Of a DNA stretch of 64,000 nucleotides, positions 52,601-63,885 are shown piece after piece. Origin of the DNA: Lama guanicoe (lineage: Eukaryota). The notes under the pieces are model-generated. The model saw only the letters and a program-made list of their open reading frames with translations, had not been told where the DNA came from and searched no databases. A program made the translations under genes and the position numbers. How positions within the stretch are numbered: the stretch's first letter is position 1; every line of letters starts with the position of its first letter. Location: assembly GCA_013239625.1 (NCBI GenBank), contig MU053504.1, forward strand, positions 1,118,001-1,182,000, read 5' to 3'.

Positions 52601-55600
52601 CGCCTTACATAGTGTCCTACAATTAATAGGTACTCTCTGTGTGTATATTGAATGACTACGCCATACTCACCTTTCTGGATGGACTAAATTTTGAGCTGTA
52701 GTCATCATAATCATTACATGACAGGAGTTTTACGCTTGTCTGTTCACTCATTCCCCATTTGTTTATCTAATTGTCCTAATAGAGTCAGGCAATGTGCTAG
52801 GCATCAGGCTATAAAGATCAAGACGGTCCATTCTGATGAAGAGAGACAGACACCTATGAAAAAAAAAAGTCGTGCCTGGTGCTGGGATGGGCCGCCCCGC
52901 TCCCATCTCAGGCGTGGCCACATCATAAAGACAGAGACCAGTTTCATTTGCAGAGGACTGAGCCGTGGAATGTTTCAAACAGAACTCAAAGGAATGAAAG
53001 ATCTCAAAAGGTTTAAATAGGCTAAACTCCACCTATTTCATAAACCCTTCTCAGCTTGGCTCCCTCACCTCCACAACCATGTGAGAAGTTGGGGTGTAGA
53101 TGTTAAGGTGTCTGTCCTCAGAGTTTTATCTAGGGATCTCATGGCCTTAGACCATTCTCACCCAGGAGCATTTGAAAGACCCTCCAGGCCCATGATTGCC
53201 TGATCTCCAGGCCTAGAAATGCTGCTCAAAGTCACGCTGCCCTCCCCAGCGTCAGAGGCCAACACATATAAAGAATAGGTTACACGGAGAAACATTCGCC
53301 AGGTGTTGGAGTGAATAGACGGCACCTGGTATCTGGGAAAACACAAAGAGAAAAGCAAGAAAGCCAAACCAGGGAGGTGGATTCAAGAGACGTCGCCTCC
53401 TCCTAGTTCTATGTGAGCCCCCAGCCACGGAGGGAGGAGAACAACATGCACCGAACATGGGTGATCTGGATACTCTGTTCTCCGGCCTGGCTGGGTGAAG
53501 CTAGCTCCCGGAAGGCTGAGTGACAGTTGGCCAGATGGAGGGGCAAGTGGGATGCGTGTGTGCAGAGGTTTGTTGCCTGAAAAGGCGGACTGGGAAGAGG
53601 CTGTGAAGGGCTTGCTGGGCTTGGTCAAGGTCTTTGCATTTTAATGTGGTTCTTCCTGGACCATCCTTCCTGGGCAAGCCTGGCCCGAAAGCTATCTCTT
53701 TGGTAATTTACACCTTTTCCCCCACACCACCGTTCCCGGCCTCCCAAGACCTCAAGTCTTCTGTTCTGTCTCATGGCTTTAGAACTCCAGAATATCAACT
53801 GGCAGACAGCCTCCAACCGGCAGGCACATCACACAAACAAGTTCTACAGCCGGGATCTTATCGTGCGGAGAGGCCAACCCTTCTATATCTCATTGAAATT
53901 CAACCAAAATCTCGGCTCTGGAGCAAGTCTGACGTTCATAGCCTCCACAGGTACCTTCTCACTGCTCCCCACACGTGCACATTTGAGCAGACCTTGGGGC
54001 TGGGCAGCCAAGGTGGGGGGGTGGGGGGTGGCCTTGGGTTTACTGGGCTCTAGCCCAGCTCTACCATTGACTTGGTGTGATCTCGGGTAAGTTCTTGCCA
54101 TTCTCTGAGACTAAGAGTCATAATCTTCACATCAAGAGGGATTTGGCCTACATGGTCTTTCCAGTTGCTTCCAGCACCGTAACAAAATGCTTCATTGTGT
54201 GATGTCTCCCAGGGGGCCCTTGCAGTTATACTGAGCTCCCCACAGTCTGACCAACACTATTTGGTTTCCACTGTCCTCTGTCTTCTTTGACAGGGCCTTA
54301 CCCCTCAGAGTCGGCCAAGACAAAGGCTGTGTTTCCACTCTCCAGTGGGACAAGAAGCAGTGGCTGGGGTGCACAACTTGTATCCAACGAGAACAAGGTT
54401 CTGAACATCTCCATCCTCAGTCCTGCCAATGCACCCATTGGAAGGTACACGCTGGGCATTCAGATCTCCGCCCAGGGCAGTGCCTCTACTCAGAACCTTG
54501 GGACATTCATACTGCTCTTCAATCCTTGGTTGCAAGGTAGGCACCCAATCACCCCACTCCCAGCCGTCAGCTAAGTGACTCTTATGGACAGGAGATGGGG
54601 GGAATGAGTTCCATGGGCTCAGGTTTGATTGGGGCAAGCTTGTGGGCTATGGAAAGAGCACAGAAGCTGGAAGTCAGAAGCCAGGAGTTTGAGTCCCAGC
54701 TCTGCCACTTAACCAGCTATGTGAGCCTGGGCAGTCACTCTACCCTTCTGAGCCTCAAATTCCTCACCATCAAATCAACATCCTGCTATTTCTGGGGCTG
54801 CTGCAGGGATCTCATGAGCTTTTGCAAGCTGTATAGTATAGTGTAATGAACACAGTACAGTCTTGCAGCGTGGAGATAGCTTCTACCTGAAGAAGCGAGT
54901 GTTTCATTTCTGGTAGGGGGCCTCATTTTTCAGATTCTCAAGTCATCCCAACTTCTCTTTCAAGCCCAGAGTTCACACAATATGAATTAGAAGCATTACC
55001 GCCCAAGGCTTCCCTCCTCGGTGGAGGTTGGGGGAAGGGTTGCAGGTGTGGCTTGCTCTAGCCCCCAGGCCGGTACTCAGGAGTGAGAGGAGGTCTTTAG
55101 ACTCTTCCAAAGGATTCTAATCCCTGATATCTGCTTTTTGTGTCAAACAGCCGATGCTGTCTTTATGAATAACCAGGCTGAGAGAGAGGAGTATGTCCAG
55201 GAAGACTCCGGGATCATCTTTGTGGGAAGCGCAAACCGAATTGGCATGATTGGCTGGAACTTTGGACAGGTAAAAGGATCATAAAGGCTGGAGGTCATGT
55301 CCCTGTGACCCAAGAAGTTCAGCAATAGGCCCCACAGAGAGGGGGAAGTTCCCAGACCTGTCCATTTATCTGCGTGTCTATTCATTCATCCATTCAGAAG
55401 ACATTTATTGACAGCCTACTATGTGCCAGTTCCCAAGCTGCACACTGTGGATACAGGAGATGGATGCAATGGAATTCCTGTCTTTGAGACGGTCACTACC
55501 TAGTGGGCAAAACAGACACATAAGTAAATTGATTCAATGCAGCGTTATTGGTGCCATGATACCCAAATGAGGACTAGGCCCAGGAGAGACACGTGGAAGA

Positions 55601-58600
55601 GTAATGTAGTTTCTGTTATTCATTCCCTGAAAGAATGTGATGAAACTTCCTTGGTGTGTGCATTCAGCCTTTCAAAGGTCCTTCACTCCTCTGACCTGCC
55701 ATCTGAGTCCACAGAGTTCCCAGGTTTACACAGCCTAAAAAACATTCAGGGATCCCCTCTACCTTTTCCTTTTTCCAGCAGACAAATGAAGACATTACAA
55801 GGAGGCACTTTCGCGGGGGCTGCCTTGGGTATTCAGGAGCAGGTGGACACGTGCACACTCTGCCCATCTCCAGACCCCATTCCATAGTCAACCAGAACAC
55901 ATCTGCCATAAATTTTATATGTTGGGTTTTTTACATTGGGGTCTGTGTCAAATTTCTTTGGAAGGAAGAAAAAGGAAAAGGGGGGGATGGGGCAGGTAAG
56001 AGCAAAGAGTACACCCAGGGGTGGAAGGGAGGCTACTTTTGATGGCACGATCTGGGCAAGCCTCTCTTAGGAAGGAACTTTTGATCAGAAACTTTAAGGA
56101 GGCAAGGGAGCCAGAGAGTTATCTTGGGGAAAAGCATCAGAGGCAGGAGGAACAGTGCATGCAAAGACCCTACGGCAAGAAAGAGCTTGACTTTCTCCAC
56201 TGGAGAAGCAATGACTAAAAATAAGTCTAATGTTGTGAAAATGGCTTCAAATTCCAATTTTAGTGAGTTATTTTATCTTTATACTTAGTTCCCCTAAAGT
56301 CTAAATAATATGCTCGCGGTCAATGTCAGAGCTAGATGGAGACTTTGAGATGCACTCAGCCTGATCCCTGGTTATAAAGATGAACAAACTGAGGCCCAGA
56401 CGGGCTCAGGGATTTGCTCTCGAGTTCATAACAGTGAGGGAGTCCCATTAACTTCTGAGGCCTCAGCACAGAGCCCTGGGTATAGTGAGAGCCTTGGAGG
56501 AGTTTTCGGGGTTGAAGGCCAGGTAGGTGGCTGTTCCCCAGAATTTCCTGGTTCTGGAAGGACCTGGGCAGTTCTTACCAGCGTAGCTCCCGTGCTCTTA
56601 ATTAGCCGACACTGCTTGCCATTTCTTTCTTCGTAACATATGGTCTTATTCTGAACAGTTTGAAGAAGGCATCCTGAACATTTGCCTCGCAGTCCTGGAT
56701 AATAGTCTGAATTTCCGCCGTGACCCTGCTACTGACGTGGCCCACAGAAGCGACCCCAAATATGTCGGCCGGGTGCTGAGTGCAATGGTAAGTGATGAGA
56801 AAACCATCACAACTGGTTGTCACCATATATCAAACCCAGCTACAGTTAGGCACAACCACTCGGCCCATTGGTTGACAGTCGGTGGGTATCACCACCCTGA
56901 TTGTGCACACGTGAAGCATGACACTCCTCTAAGTTGAAGAACTTGCCTGAGACACACGGTGAGTGAATGACAGAGGCAGAACCGGTCCCAGGGCAGACTT
57001 TCGACTGTACGGCCCTTCCTCAGATGGCAAAGGACTTGATCTCGGGTGTCCTCCAGGGCAGAGAGGAAGCAAAGCTGACTTGGCTCCAGTCCTGGGGCTC
57101 CTAGGAAAAGGGGTAAGATCCCAAAGGAGCCTGATGTGTTGACCTCCTTGGCTTCGATTTATCCTGCACAGCACAGAATGTTTTAGTGTCAGCGGGGAGG
57201 GCAGCAGCCACCCTGCTCGTGGTCTAGACAGGAAAACTTCACTCATCCACTCCCACACATGAGAAACTTGTCCGCATCTCCCCAAACACACACGCATACG
57301 TGGACACACGCACACACACAGATGCGCATGTAAGCCGAATGCTGGAGGAAGCTACTACCCTGTACTCAGTGTATAAAGAATGCCTCCAAGTATCCAAGCA
57401 AGGGATACTCTGCTCAAAAGTTATGAATTAAAAAACAGAAAGTCAAAAAGTTATGAATTAAAAAGCAGAAAGTCAAAGAGTTCTTGAACTTTAGCCCTCT
57501 GAAACGAAATAACTACCCAAAAGCATCTTTAACTTTTTGGGGGGGAGTGGGGGGAGGTTAATGGATTAGGTATTTCCAGTCTCTTCACTTTTGAGCTGGA
57601 GAATATCCAAGCTAACAAGCCAGTTACGTGGTTAGACATTTGAGCCACCTTCTGACTGCATGATGGATATCGGGGGGTAATCAGGGAGGGCTTCTTGCTT
57701 GACAGAGAGGAGTCTTAGAGCAAACCTAGCAGGACAGGGGTGGGGAGGCCCCGGGAATGCGAAGTCCCTGAAAAGTTGGTGGGATCCGGGGCAGCTGGGA
57801 AGAGTGCAGAGAGGGAGCGGCCTGGGTTGGGTGGGATTAAAGCCAAGGCCAAGGTGAAGGGAAGCTGGCGTTCGGGCGACTCATGGAGGTGAGCCTCCTC
57901 GGCTCAGGAGAGGGCGGGTGAGGCCAGCCAGCTCCAGCAGCCGCTGACTCATTCTCACCCTCCGGACAAACCACTTGATCTCAGAGCCGGGTTCCAGGCT
58001 GCACCTCCCTGCTGCTCTCTCCAGCCCTCCTGGTTGGGCTGGGCCATGAGCTAATTATGGCCTGTGTTGGGCTTTGAAACGCTCAGCTTTCGGTCGGAGA
58101 TGACCGTGCTGATTACCACTTTGGTGGCTCAGGAGATGGAGAATCTTCCATCTCGATGGAGCCCCATCTTGCCTGATTCTGCAGTTACAGCCTGGGCCCT
58201 CCTGGAGGGGGTGCAGAGCTCAGCCCGCACGCCGAGGGGCCATGGAAGGCTGGTCAGCCTGTCCTGGGCACGGAGCCTTCCGTTTCCAGACTGTTCATTC
58301 ACAGAGAGAGGGAGTGGTATCTCACACTATGGTTGGGAGGCACACTGGTCGAAGTTTCATAAACTGAAAGTTTGGCTGCTGGAAGACAGCTGAGGGCTCC
58401 CTGGTTTCCAGCTTTCCCTGTATTGGAAGGTTAAGGACCGAGGCCCACGGAGGTGAATCAACCTGCCTGCAATCACCCAGCTGCCAAGAGGCGAGGCTGG
58501 GCTTGTGACTCGAATTTCTCCTTCTTTCTTTCGCTTTGAATGCTTTATTATGGAAAAGTTCAGACCCAAAACTAGAGGGAAAGGCAAAACGAACTTCTCT

Positions 58601-59716
58601 GTACCGATCGCCGGCTTCAGCAAGGCCAGGTCTGTTTCGTCTCTGTCCCCGCTTCCACGAAGCATTTGATAAACCCCAGAGAGGACATCATTCCATCCAC
58701 AAATATGTCAAGATGAGTCTCTAAAAGACAAGGGAGCTCAGGTCTCTTGGTTCCTAGTCCAGTGCTCTTTTCACACTGCATCGTGGTTGCGTTACTTACA
58801 CAAGACTCATGCCTTAGGTTGAGTGAATGAATCAGTGAATGAACCAGAAGCAGTAGTTCATCTTTGTTCTTTTCAAGAAGTAAGTTGCTACAGTTCTAAA
58901 GTGATCTTTTTAGAAAACCAGCACACCCAAAGAGAGCTTCAAACCATGGACCTCCAAGTCAGGCAGCAGCAGCAGCGCATGAGTTCTGGCCAGAAGAAGT
59001 TGTCTGCCACTGACAAGCCACGGAGCCTCAGTTTTCCCAGTGAGCCCGCTGTGCGGGAGTGACACGTGACTTAGCACAGCCAAACTTGGCCTGTTAGGGA
59101 AAGCTATTTTAAATTCCTAAACTGCTTGATACCTCTAGGACATCATTATAATTATCATCGAAATCTCCCAGAAAGACCCAGAAAATCCCTTGACTTTGAC
59201 TCCCTAGCTTGCTTCCTTATGTCCCTACCTTGTCCCCTGAACTCTGCCTGTCACCCTCTGTGCTGATTCCTTTGGGGGTTTTTCCTGCCCAGATCAATGG
59301 CAATGATGACAATGGTGTGATTTCTGGGAACTGGAGCGGTAGCTACCCGGGCGGCCGGGACCCGAGGAACTGGAACGGCAGCGTGGAGATCCTCAAGGAG
59401 TGGCAAAGGTCTGGCTTCAGGCCAGTCCGCTATGGCCAGTGCTGGGTCTTTGCTGGGACCCTCAACACAGGTGCTCTGGGTGTGACATGACTTTGCTGGG
59501 TGGTGGTAGGGCAATGGCGGGGCACCCTAAGATCCTGTCTCCTCCCCACCCCAAGTCCTCAGACTGCCCTTGACTTGCAGTGCTGCGGTCTTTCGGAATT
59601 CCCTCCCGAGTGATCACCAATTTCAACTCAGCTCACGACACAGACCGGAACCTCAGTGTGGATGTGTACTACGACCCCATGGGAAGGCCCATGGACAAAG
59701 GCAGTGACAGCGTATG
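43639..59716 (+). CDS. TGM3: Transglutaminase 3 (TGase E, protein-glutamine gamma-glutamyltransferase E), exons 1-7, 3'-partial. join(43639..43645, 53783..53950 [orthologous start 53777], 54294..54536, 55151..55269, 56659..56787, 59293..59470, 59581..59716)
   Basis: The spliced exons give one open frame with consistent phases. It carries TGM3-type peptides: [50 protein letters not shown] and [22 protein letters not shown]. All donors are GT, and acceptors are AG except at the exon-2 orthologous position. Confidence 0.96.
45392..45467 (+). repeat. 21-bp minisatellite (~3.6 copies) in TGM3 intron 1
   Basis: CAGTGGAGAGGGTCACCT(A/G)GG at 45392, 45413, 45434, with a partial copy at 45455. Confidence 0.92.
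46235..46400. mobile_element. MER5-like hAT DNA transposon remnant
   Basis: GATTCTCAGTCCTGGCTCCATGTTAGAATCATCAGGAGAGTT...CAGAGATTCTAA...TTCCAGGTGATTCT. Confidence 0.65.
46600..46795 (+). mobile_element. MIR SINE
   Basis: GGCAAGTGAC...CCTCATCTGTGAAATGGGAATAATCATATC...AAAATGCTTAGCATTGTGTCTGCACA. Confidence 0.7.
48080..49100. mobile_element. MaLR (MLT1-type) LTR split by an L1
   Basis: TAATTAGGCTTGGCTGTG...TGGCTTA (48080-48390) resumes as GTCATTGGCCAGAACT...CCCAGCTACAAGGGAACCTGGGAAAATGT (48920-49100). Confidence 0.6.
48400..48920 (+). mobile_element. Old L1 (L1M) 3' fragment
   Basis: TTCATAGCAGCA, GAATATTATTCAGCCATAAAAAAGGAATGA, AAACATTATGCTAAGTGAAAGAAACCAGAC and ACCTCAATTAAAAAAAAG. Confidence 0.88.
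50470..50564 (-). mobile_element. 95-bp internal L1 ORF2 fragment flanked by 15-bp TSD
   Basis: The minus strand reads AAATAATAAAGATCAGGGAGGAAATAAATAAAAT...AATCAAACCAAGAGCTGGGTTTTTGAAAG ([10 protein letters not shown]...QTKSW-FE-like). The direct repeat AAGCAAACCTATATA is at 50455-50469 and 50565-50579. Confidence 0.8.
50630..51372 (-). mobile_element. L1 3' fragment (intermediate age)
   Basis: TGAAGTATAGTTGATTTACAATATTG...GGCTGAGTAGTATTCCATTG...TTGAGGAACCTCCATACTGTTTTC...GGGTTCCCTTTTCTCCACATCCT. Confidence 0.92.
53783..53950 (+). CDS. TGM3: TGM3 exon 2 (N-terminal beta-sandwich); 5' boundary ambiguous (53777 vs 53783)
   Basis: Encodes (E)[33 protein letters not shown]...FIAST, with donor ACAG|GTACC at 53951. 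The nearest in-frame AG is 53781-53782. Confidence 0.9.
54294..54536 (+). CDS. TGM3: TGM3 exon 3
   Basis: Pyrimidine tract plus TTTGACAG|GG CCT TAC. Encodes [17 protein letters not shown]...APIGRYTL...[12 protein letters not shown]. Donor CAAG|GTAGG; 243 nt. Confidence 0.96.
54640..54840 (+). mobile_element. MIR SINE (TGM3 intron 3)
   Basis: GAGTTTGAGTCCCAGCTCTGCCACTTAACCAGCTATGTGAGCCTGGGCAGTCAC...CTGAGCCTCA. Confidence 0.8.
55151..55269 (+). CDS. TGM3: TGM3 exon 4
   Basis: AAACAG|CC GAT GCT. Encodes [39 protein letters not shown]. Donor CAG|GTAAAA; 119 nt. Confidence 0.96.
55380..55570 (-). mobile_element. L2 3' end (TGM3 intron 4)
   Basis: TTCATTCATCCATTCA...ATTTATTGACAGCCTACTATGTGCCAG. 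Confidence 0.72.
56659..56787 (+). CDS. TGM3: TGM3 exon 5
   Basis: GAACAG|TTT GAA GAA. Encodes [43 protein letters not shown]. Donor ATG|GTAAGT; 129 nt. Confidence 0.96.
57416..57475 (+). repeat. 30-bp tandem duplication (TGM3 intron 5)
   Basis: AAAAGTTATGAATTAAAAA(A/G)CAGAAAGTCA twice, one mismatch. Confidence 0.9.
59293..59470 (+). CDS. TGM3: TGM3 exon 6 (catalytic Cys exon)
   Basis: CCCAG|ATC AAT. Encodes [59 protein letters not shown], with the active-site Cys codon TGC at 59440-59442. Donor ACAG|GTGCTC; 178 nt. Confidence 0.97.
59581..59716 (+). CDS. TGM3: TGM3 exon 7
   Basis: TTGCAG|TG CTG CGG. Encodes [44 protein letters not shown](W). Donor TG|GTGAGT; 136 nt. Confidence 0.97.
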
Positions 59717-62184
59717 GTGAGTATCCAGCCCTTTCTGAGCATCAGAACCAAGCAGCTTCTCCCCACCTCTCCCCAGACCCTGGGATCCAGATCAGGAGTT
59801 GGCAGGCAAGTGACATATCAATAGCATGGTTTGGAATGGAGAAGCTATCACTTCTCAGCCTTTTGGCTAAGATCAAGTTTAGAACGGAAAGGCTGAATCT
59901 AGCAGGAATCCGGCAAGACCTGGAACAACTCTTTTCTCAGAGTTATGCAGACCGTGATGGGCTATTGTATCTTGCTGCGGAATGACGGGTCTGATACCAG
60001 GGAAAGACATGGCCCCTGGGCTCTGCGAAATGGCCCTGAATTTAGCCAGCCCATCAGACCCTATGCTACTTTAAAAGACAAAGATTGAAACTGTTGATTT
60101 TCTAGTAAAAAATATAAATTTACATCATTTCAGGCAAGCATGTGACCTATGGGCTTTCTTAAAGAAAAGTGAAATTTTTCTCTTGACACATACGTACTTT
60201 CTTGGTTGATACAATGTTAGCTTATTCTGGATTCCACGTGAAGTAAGAAGCTTTATATGTAATCGGGCATATGTACTTCTGACCATAAATATGCCACGTG
60301 CACATGTATCTATCCACATGTATGTGTATATAATGTGTAATAAATGCCAACTGGAAGTAGGTTGTATAAAACTTAAAGGCATGTATCTATAACTTCATAT
60401 AGCTGGATATATACATAAAACTGATATTGTTACACCTATTTAAGGTTAAACATATGCCGAGTTATTACCAGATGGCAACTGAAAATAATTATGCCTCTAT
60501 CTGTATGTACACAGGTATCTAGGTGTCTATATATATATATATAAAAGACTGCACGCATTTGTCAGTAAATCCATTATTTTAATCCATTTCAGAGGATGTA
60601 CACACACATAATCACCCAATGCATATGGCATCTTATTTCTAGATGTTCAACTTTTTGAGACAATCTGTATAAAAAATTGTTTATTACTTATTATTCCCAG
60701 AATAAGTCAGCTTTACTGAAATGTGCTTAGGGTAGCTAATAAAGTCAAAGGAAATTTTAAATTAACAGAAAAAGCTGTTAAAACAAATAAACAGCAACCC
60801 TGTGCTGTCAACAGCCTTAATGTAATTATCCCCCTCCCCCTTTGAAGGGAGGGAGGTATATGTACTTCGCTTAAGATCTCACGGATTCTAGGGTTTAACG
60901 GGGGGCAAGAAATTTTATCTTAGGATGTTCTTTCTTACTTTGCATACACACAACGTTCTCTCTAGTGATGCTGCAACTCAAAGCGAGGTTTTGTTTTCCA
61001 GCTTCTCATAAAGGAGTGTCTTTTCTTCTCCCTGTTCTTTTCTTTTGTTGTTGCATCCACAGCCTGTTCTGATCACTGGGGCAAGACCCTTCCTGACCTT
61101 GCTTTCCTTCACAAAAGGAGATGCTTGATCCAGCAAGATGACTGACTTGGGGAAGGGGTGGTCCATTTTGGTGTCACCCTTCTGTGATTCTTCTGCACAC
61201 TCGGGACAGCAGAGACCAGAAAGCTTAAGACTCAGCCCCTCCACTAAGAGCATTTCTGGTGCTGTTAGGGCACAGGGAGTGGGGAGGCCATTAATAGAGG
61301 CTATTTAGTGACAAGAGATGGTGAGCAGTGTGCCAGGTGCTTAATTCAGACAGTAAGCCCTATGGGAACCCAGGGAAGGGGAAGTCGAGGAAGATTTCCT
61401 AGGAGCAGGAAGGTGGGGCCTTTAAGCTGAACTTGGAATTAGAACCGAGAGCTCTTGGATGCTGATTCATGCTACCACCCTGCATTAGCTTCATAATCCA
61501 ATCCAATATAATCATGTTGGGGCAAGTATGGGCCCATAGTGACATTCCAGGGTGTCTCTGCTGTCATTTCTCTTGGCCTCATTGGAAGGTGCCAGGCCCT
61601 AAAGCTCTGATTTTTGCTGGGAGTCTCATTACCCCTCAATCTCCCACCCAACCCCACCCCACTAGCCTTTTCTGAACCATCCTCAGAAAGCAGTGGGAGT
61701 CAGGAGCCCCTCCACTCCCCACTCCCTGCTAGCTCTGGGTAGAGAACTAGCACTGGATGGTGTGAGGACAGAGGGTCCTGAGCCCTAGTTCCAGCCCCAC
61801 GACCATCTGCCTCTAAAACTTTTGTAAGCCACCTTACCTTTCTGGTCCCCAGTTTCTCCATCAGTGACAAATAAAGGTTGACCTGGAACTAAATGATCAC
61901 ATTAAGCCTCACCCCACTTTTTGCATGAGAACTGCACCTGCCCAGGGAGCTATCCCATCCCTTCCATGCAGTTCCCACCTGGCAGGGAGCTAAACCACGA
62001 GCCACTTTCTGTCTGGAGTGAAATCATTAACTCATTATTAAAAGGACAGTTTGGGTTTGGACAGAAATCCTTTGCTCTGTGTCTTTGTGTGTTGCCAATA
62101 TTAAAAGCTTTTGGAACCTGGTCCAGATTTGCCTAAAGTAACACAATGTAAACATCAACTGAGGTTAAGCAACTTCAAGTGCTT

Positions 62185-62400
62185 AGTGATAACAATGGTA
62201 GCAACTGATGGTTTGCTGCACAGTTGTTTGTGCCAGGTGCGATTCTGAGTGCTCGCGTGTACTCTTCAGAAACGATGCAGTAGGCGCTGTTATGATCACC
62301 CCATTTGACAGTTGAGGAAACTGAGGCACAGAGTCATTCACCAGAAGGCAGATGACTAGAAATGATGGAGCTGGGATTTGAACCCAGGTGGCTTTGTAAC
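62185..62400 (-). mobile_element. MIR SINE (TGM3 intron 7)
   Basis: CCCCATTTGACAGTTGAGGAAACTGAGGCACAGAG...GAGCTGGGATTTGAACCCAGG. Confidence 0.8.
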
Positions 62401-63667
62401 CTATGAAGCACCAGACAGATGCCAGAGTATTGTCATTATCTCTGACTGATGTTTGAGAAATCTAACAACTTACCGTGAGATTTTCTGGGGAAGGGAGCGC
62501 GGGGTGGCAGAATGGCTGGACGCCAACGGGGGAAAGAAGCTGGGTTCTTAGGCTCACACTTAAGCAGCAGGTGACACTTCTCTAGAAGGCTAGACCCTGG
62601 CACAGGGACTCAGGGAAGAGAAATGACTTGCCCAAAGTCACATTGAATTAGCATCCAAGCTGGGGGTGGACACAGGTCTCTGTCCACAGGTCTTTCCCGA
62701 ATCAAAGAACATTGGGACTGGAAGTGATCTTAGAGGGGACCTGCTCTTTTCGTAACTGAGAAAACAGAAGCCCAGAGAGAAGTAAGGGTAAGCAGTTGGA
62801 GGCATTTGGGCACTCTAAATAGTATGTAACTTTACATCAGTTCCTTAACTTTTCGTTACCTCAGTTTTCCGTCTGTAAAATGAAGGGCTAGGTCAGGGGA
62901 CCTCAGCAATTTCTTCCAGATCTTTCTTTTAATGACATTACAGCATCCATTGGTGTACATTTTCTTCCAAGCCATTCTGGTCATGCTTATATTTTGACTT
63001 AAAAGGCACAAGTCTCCTGAATTTTCACTTCAGAGTCGGACACTCTGGGGAAAGCCTCTTTAATATGATTCTCTTCACCAGAAAGGAGGTCTCTGAGACC
63101 TGCAAGCAAATGATTTGGAACAGTTTGGCCAAGGTTATCTTTATCTTGACATTTCTGGCTTGTTTTCTTGTTTCATTTAACTTGATTCCCCAATTCATAG
63201 AGTCACATACCTGACTCTACCTGTAGCTTTTAGAGAGCTCCAAGGTGGAAGGCAGACGGTGATTGCTCAGCCCTGGCGTCAGAGAGGTGGAGTCAGTCAG
63301 TTCTGAAGAACTGTCGGCACCCACACCTGCTCCTACTGTGATGTCTCTGAGGCCACCAGCCTCCGCTAATACTTAGCCAGTCCCCAGCATACCTAGAGCA
63401 CCTCTCTCAGACCCACAGCAAGGAAACCAAGGCTGCCAGGGTGGCTCAGGCCCCAAAACAATTCAATTCAGTGAGCATGATGTTATGTACTGTGTGCCAG
63501 ACCCTGCGCTGGGCACTGGGGACCCAGAGCAGTGAGCTGCAGGGGTTCCCAGCCACACGAGAAGCTGGGTGACTATGGGGCAGAAGAAGTCAAACAACTG
63601 AGTCACGTGCAAGATTTAGGGATCACACAGAGGTAAGGTTGGCACTCTCTAAGCATGTTAGAAAAAT

Positions 63668-63885
63668 ATTTTTTTTAATTGAAGTATAGTCAGTTACAAT
63701 GTGTTGATTTCTGGTGTAGAGCATAATGTCCCAGTCATGAATATATATACATATATTCGTTTTCATATTCTTTTTCATTAAAGGTTATTACAAGAGATTG
63801 AATATAGTTCCCTGTGCTTTACAAAAGAAATTTGGTTTTTTTTATTTTTATATACAGTGGTTAACCTTTGCAAATCTCAAAATTT
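63668..63885 (-). mobile_element. Young L1 3' end (TGM3 intron 7)
   Basis: TTTTTTTTAATTGAAGTATAGTCAGTTACAATGTG...GTCCCAGTCATG..., near-identical antisense of 36660-36840. Confidence 0.9.

Noticed and set aside
53775..53776. Calling TGM3 a pseudogene because of the GG acceptor
   Set aside because: All seven exons are free of stops and frameshifts, with intact catalytic and Ca2+-binding motifs, and an in-frame AG exists 6 nt downstream.
53773..54090. ORF-track proteins 53773-54090, 54287-54574 and 59209-59490 as standalone genes
   Set aside because: They are TGM3 exons read through into flanking introns; splice sites explain them.
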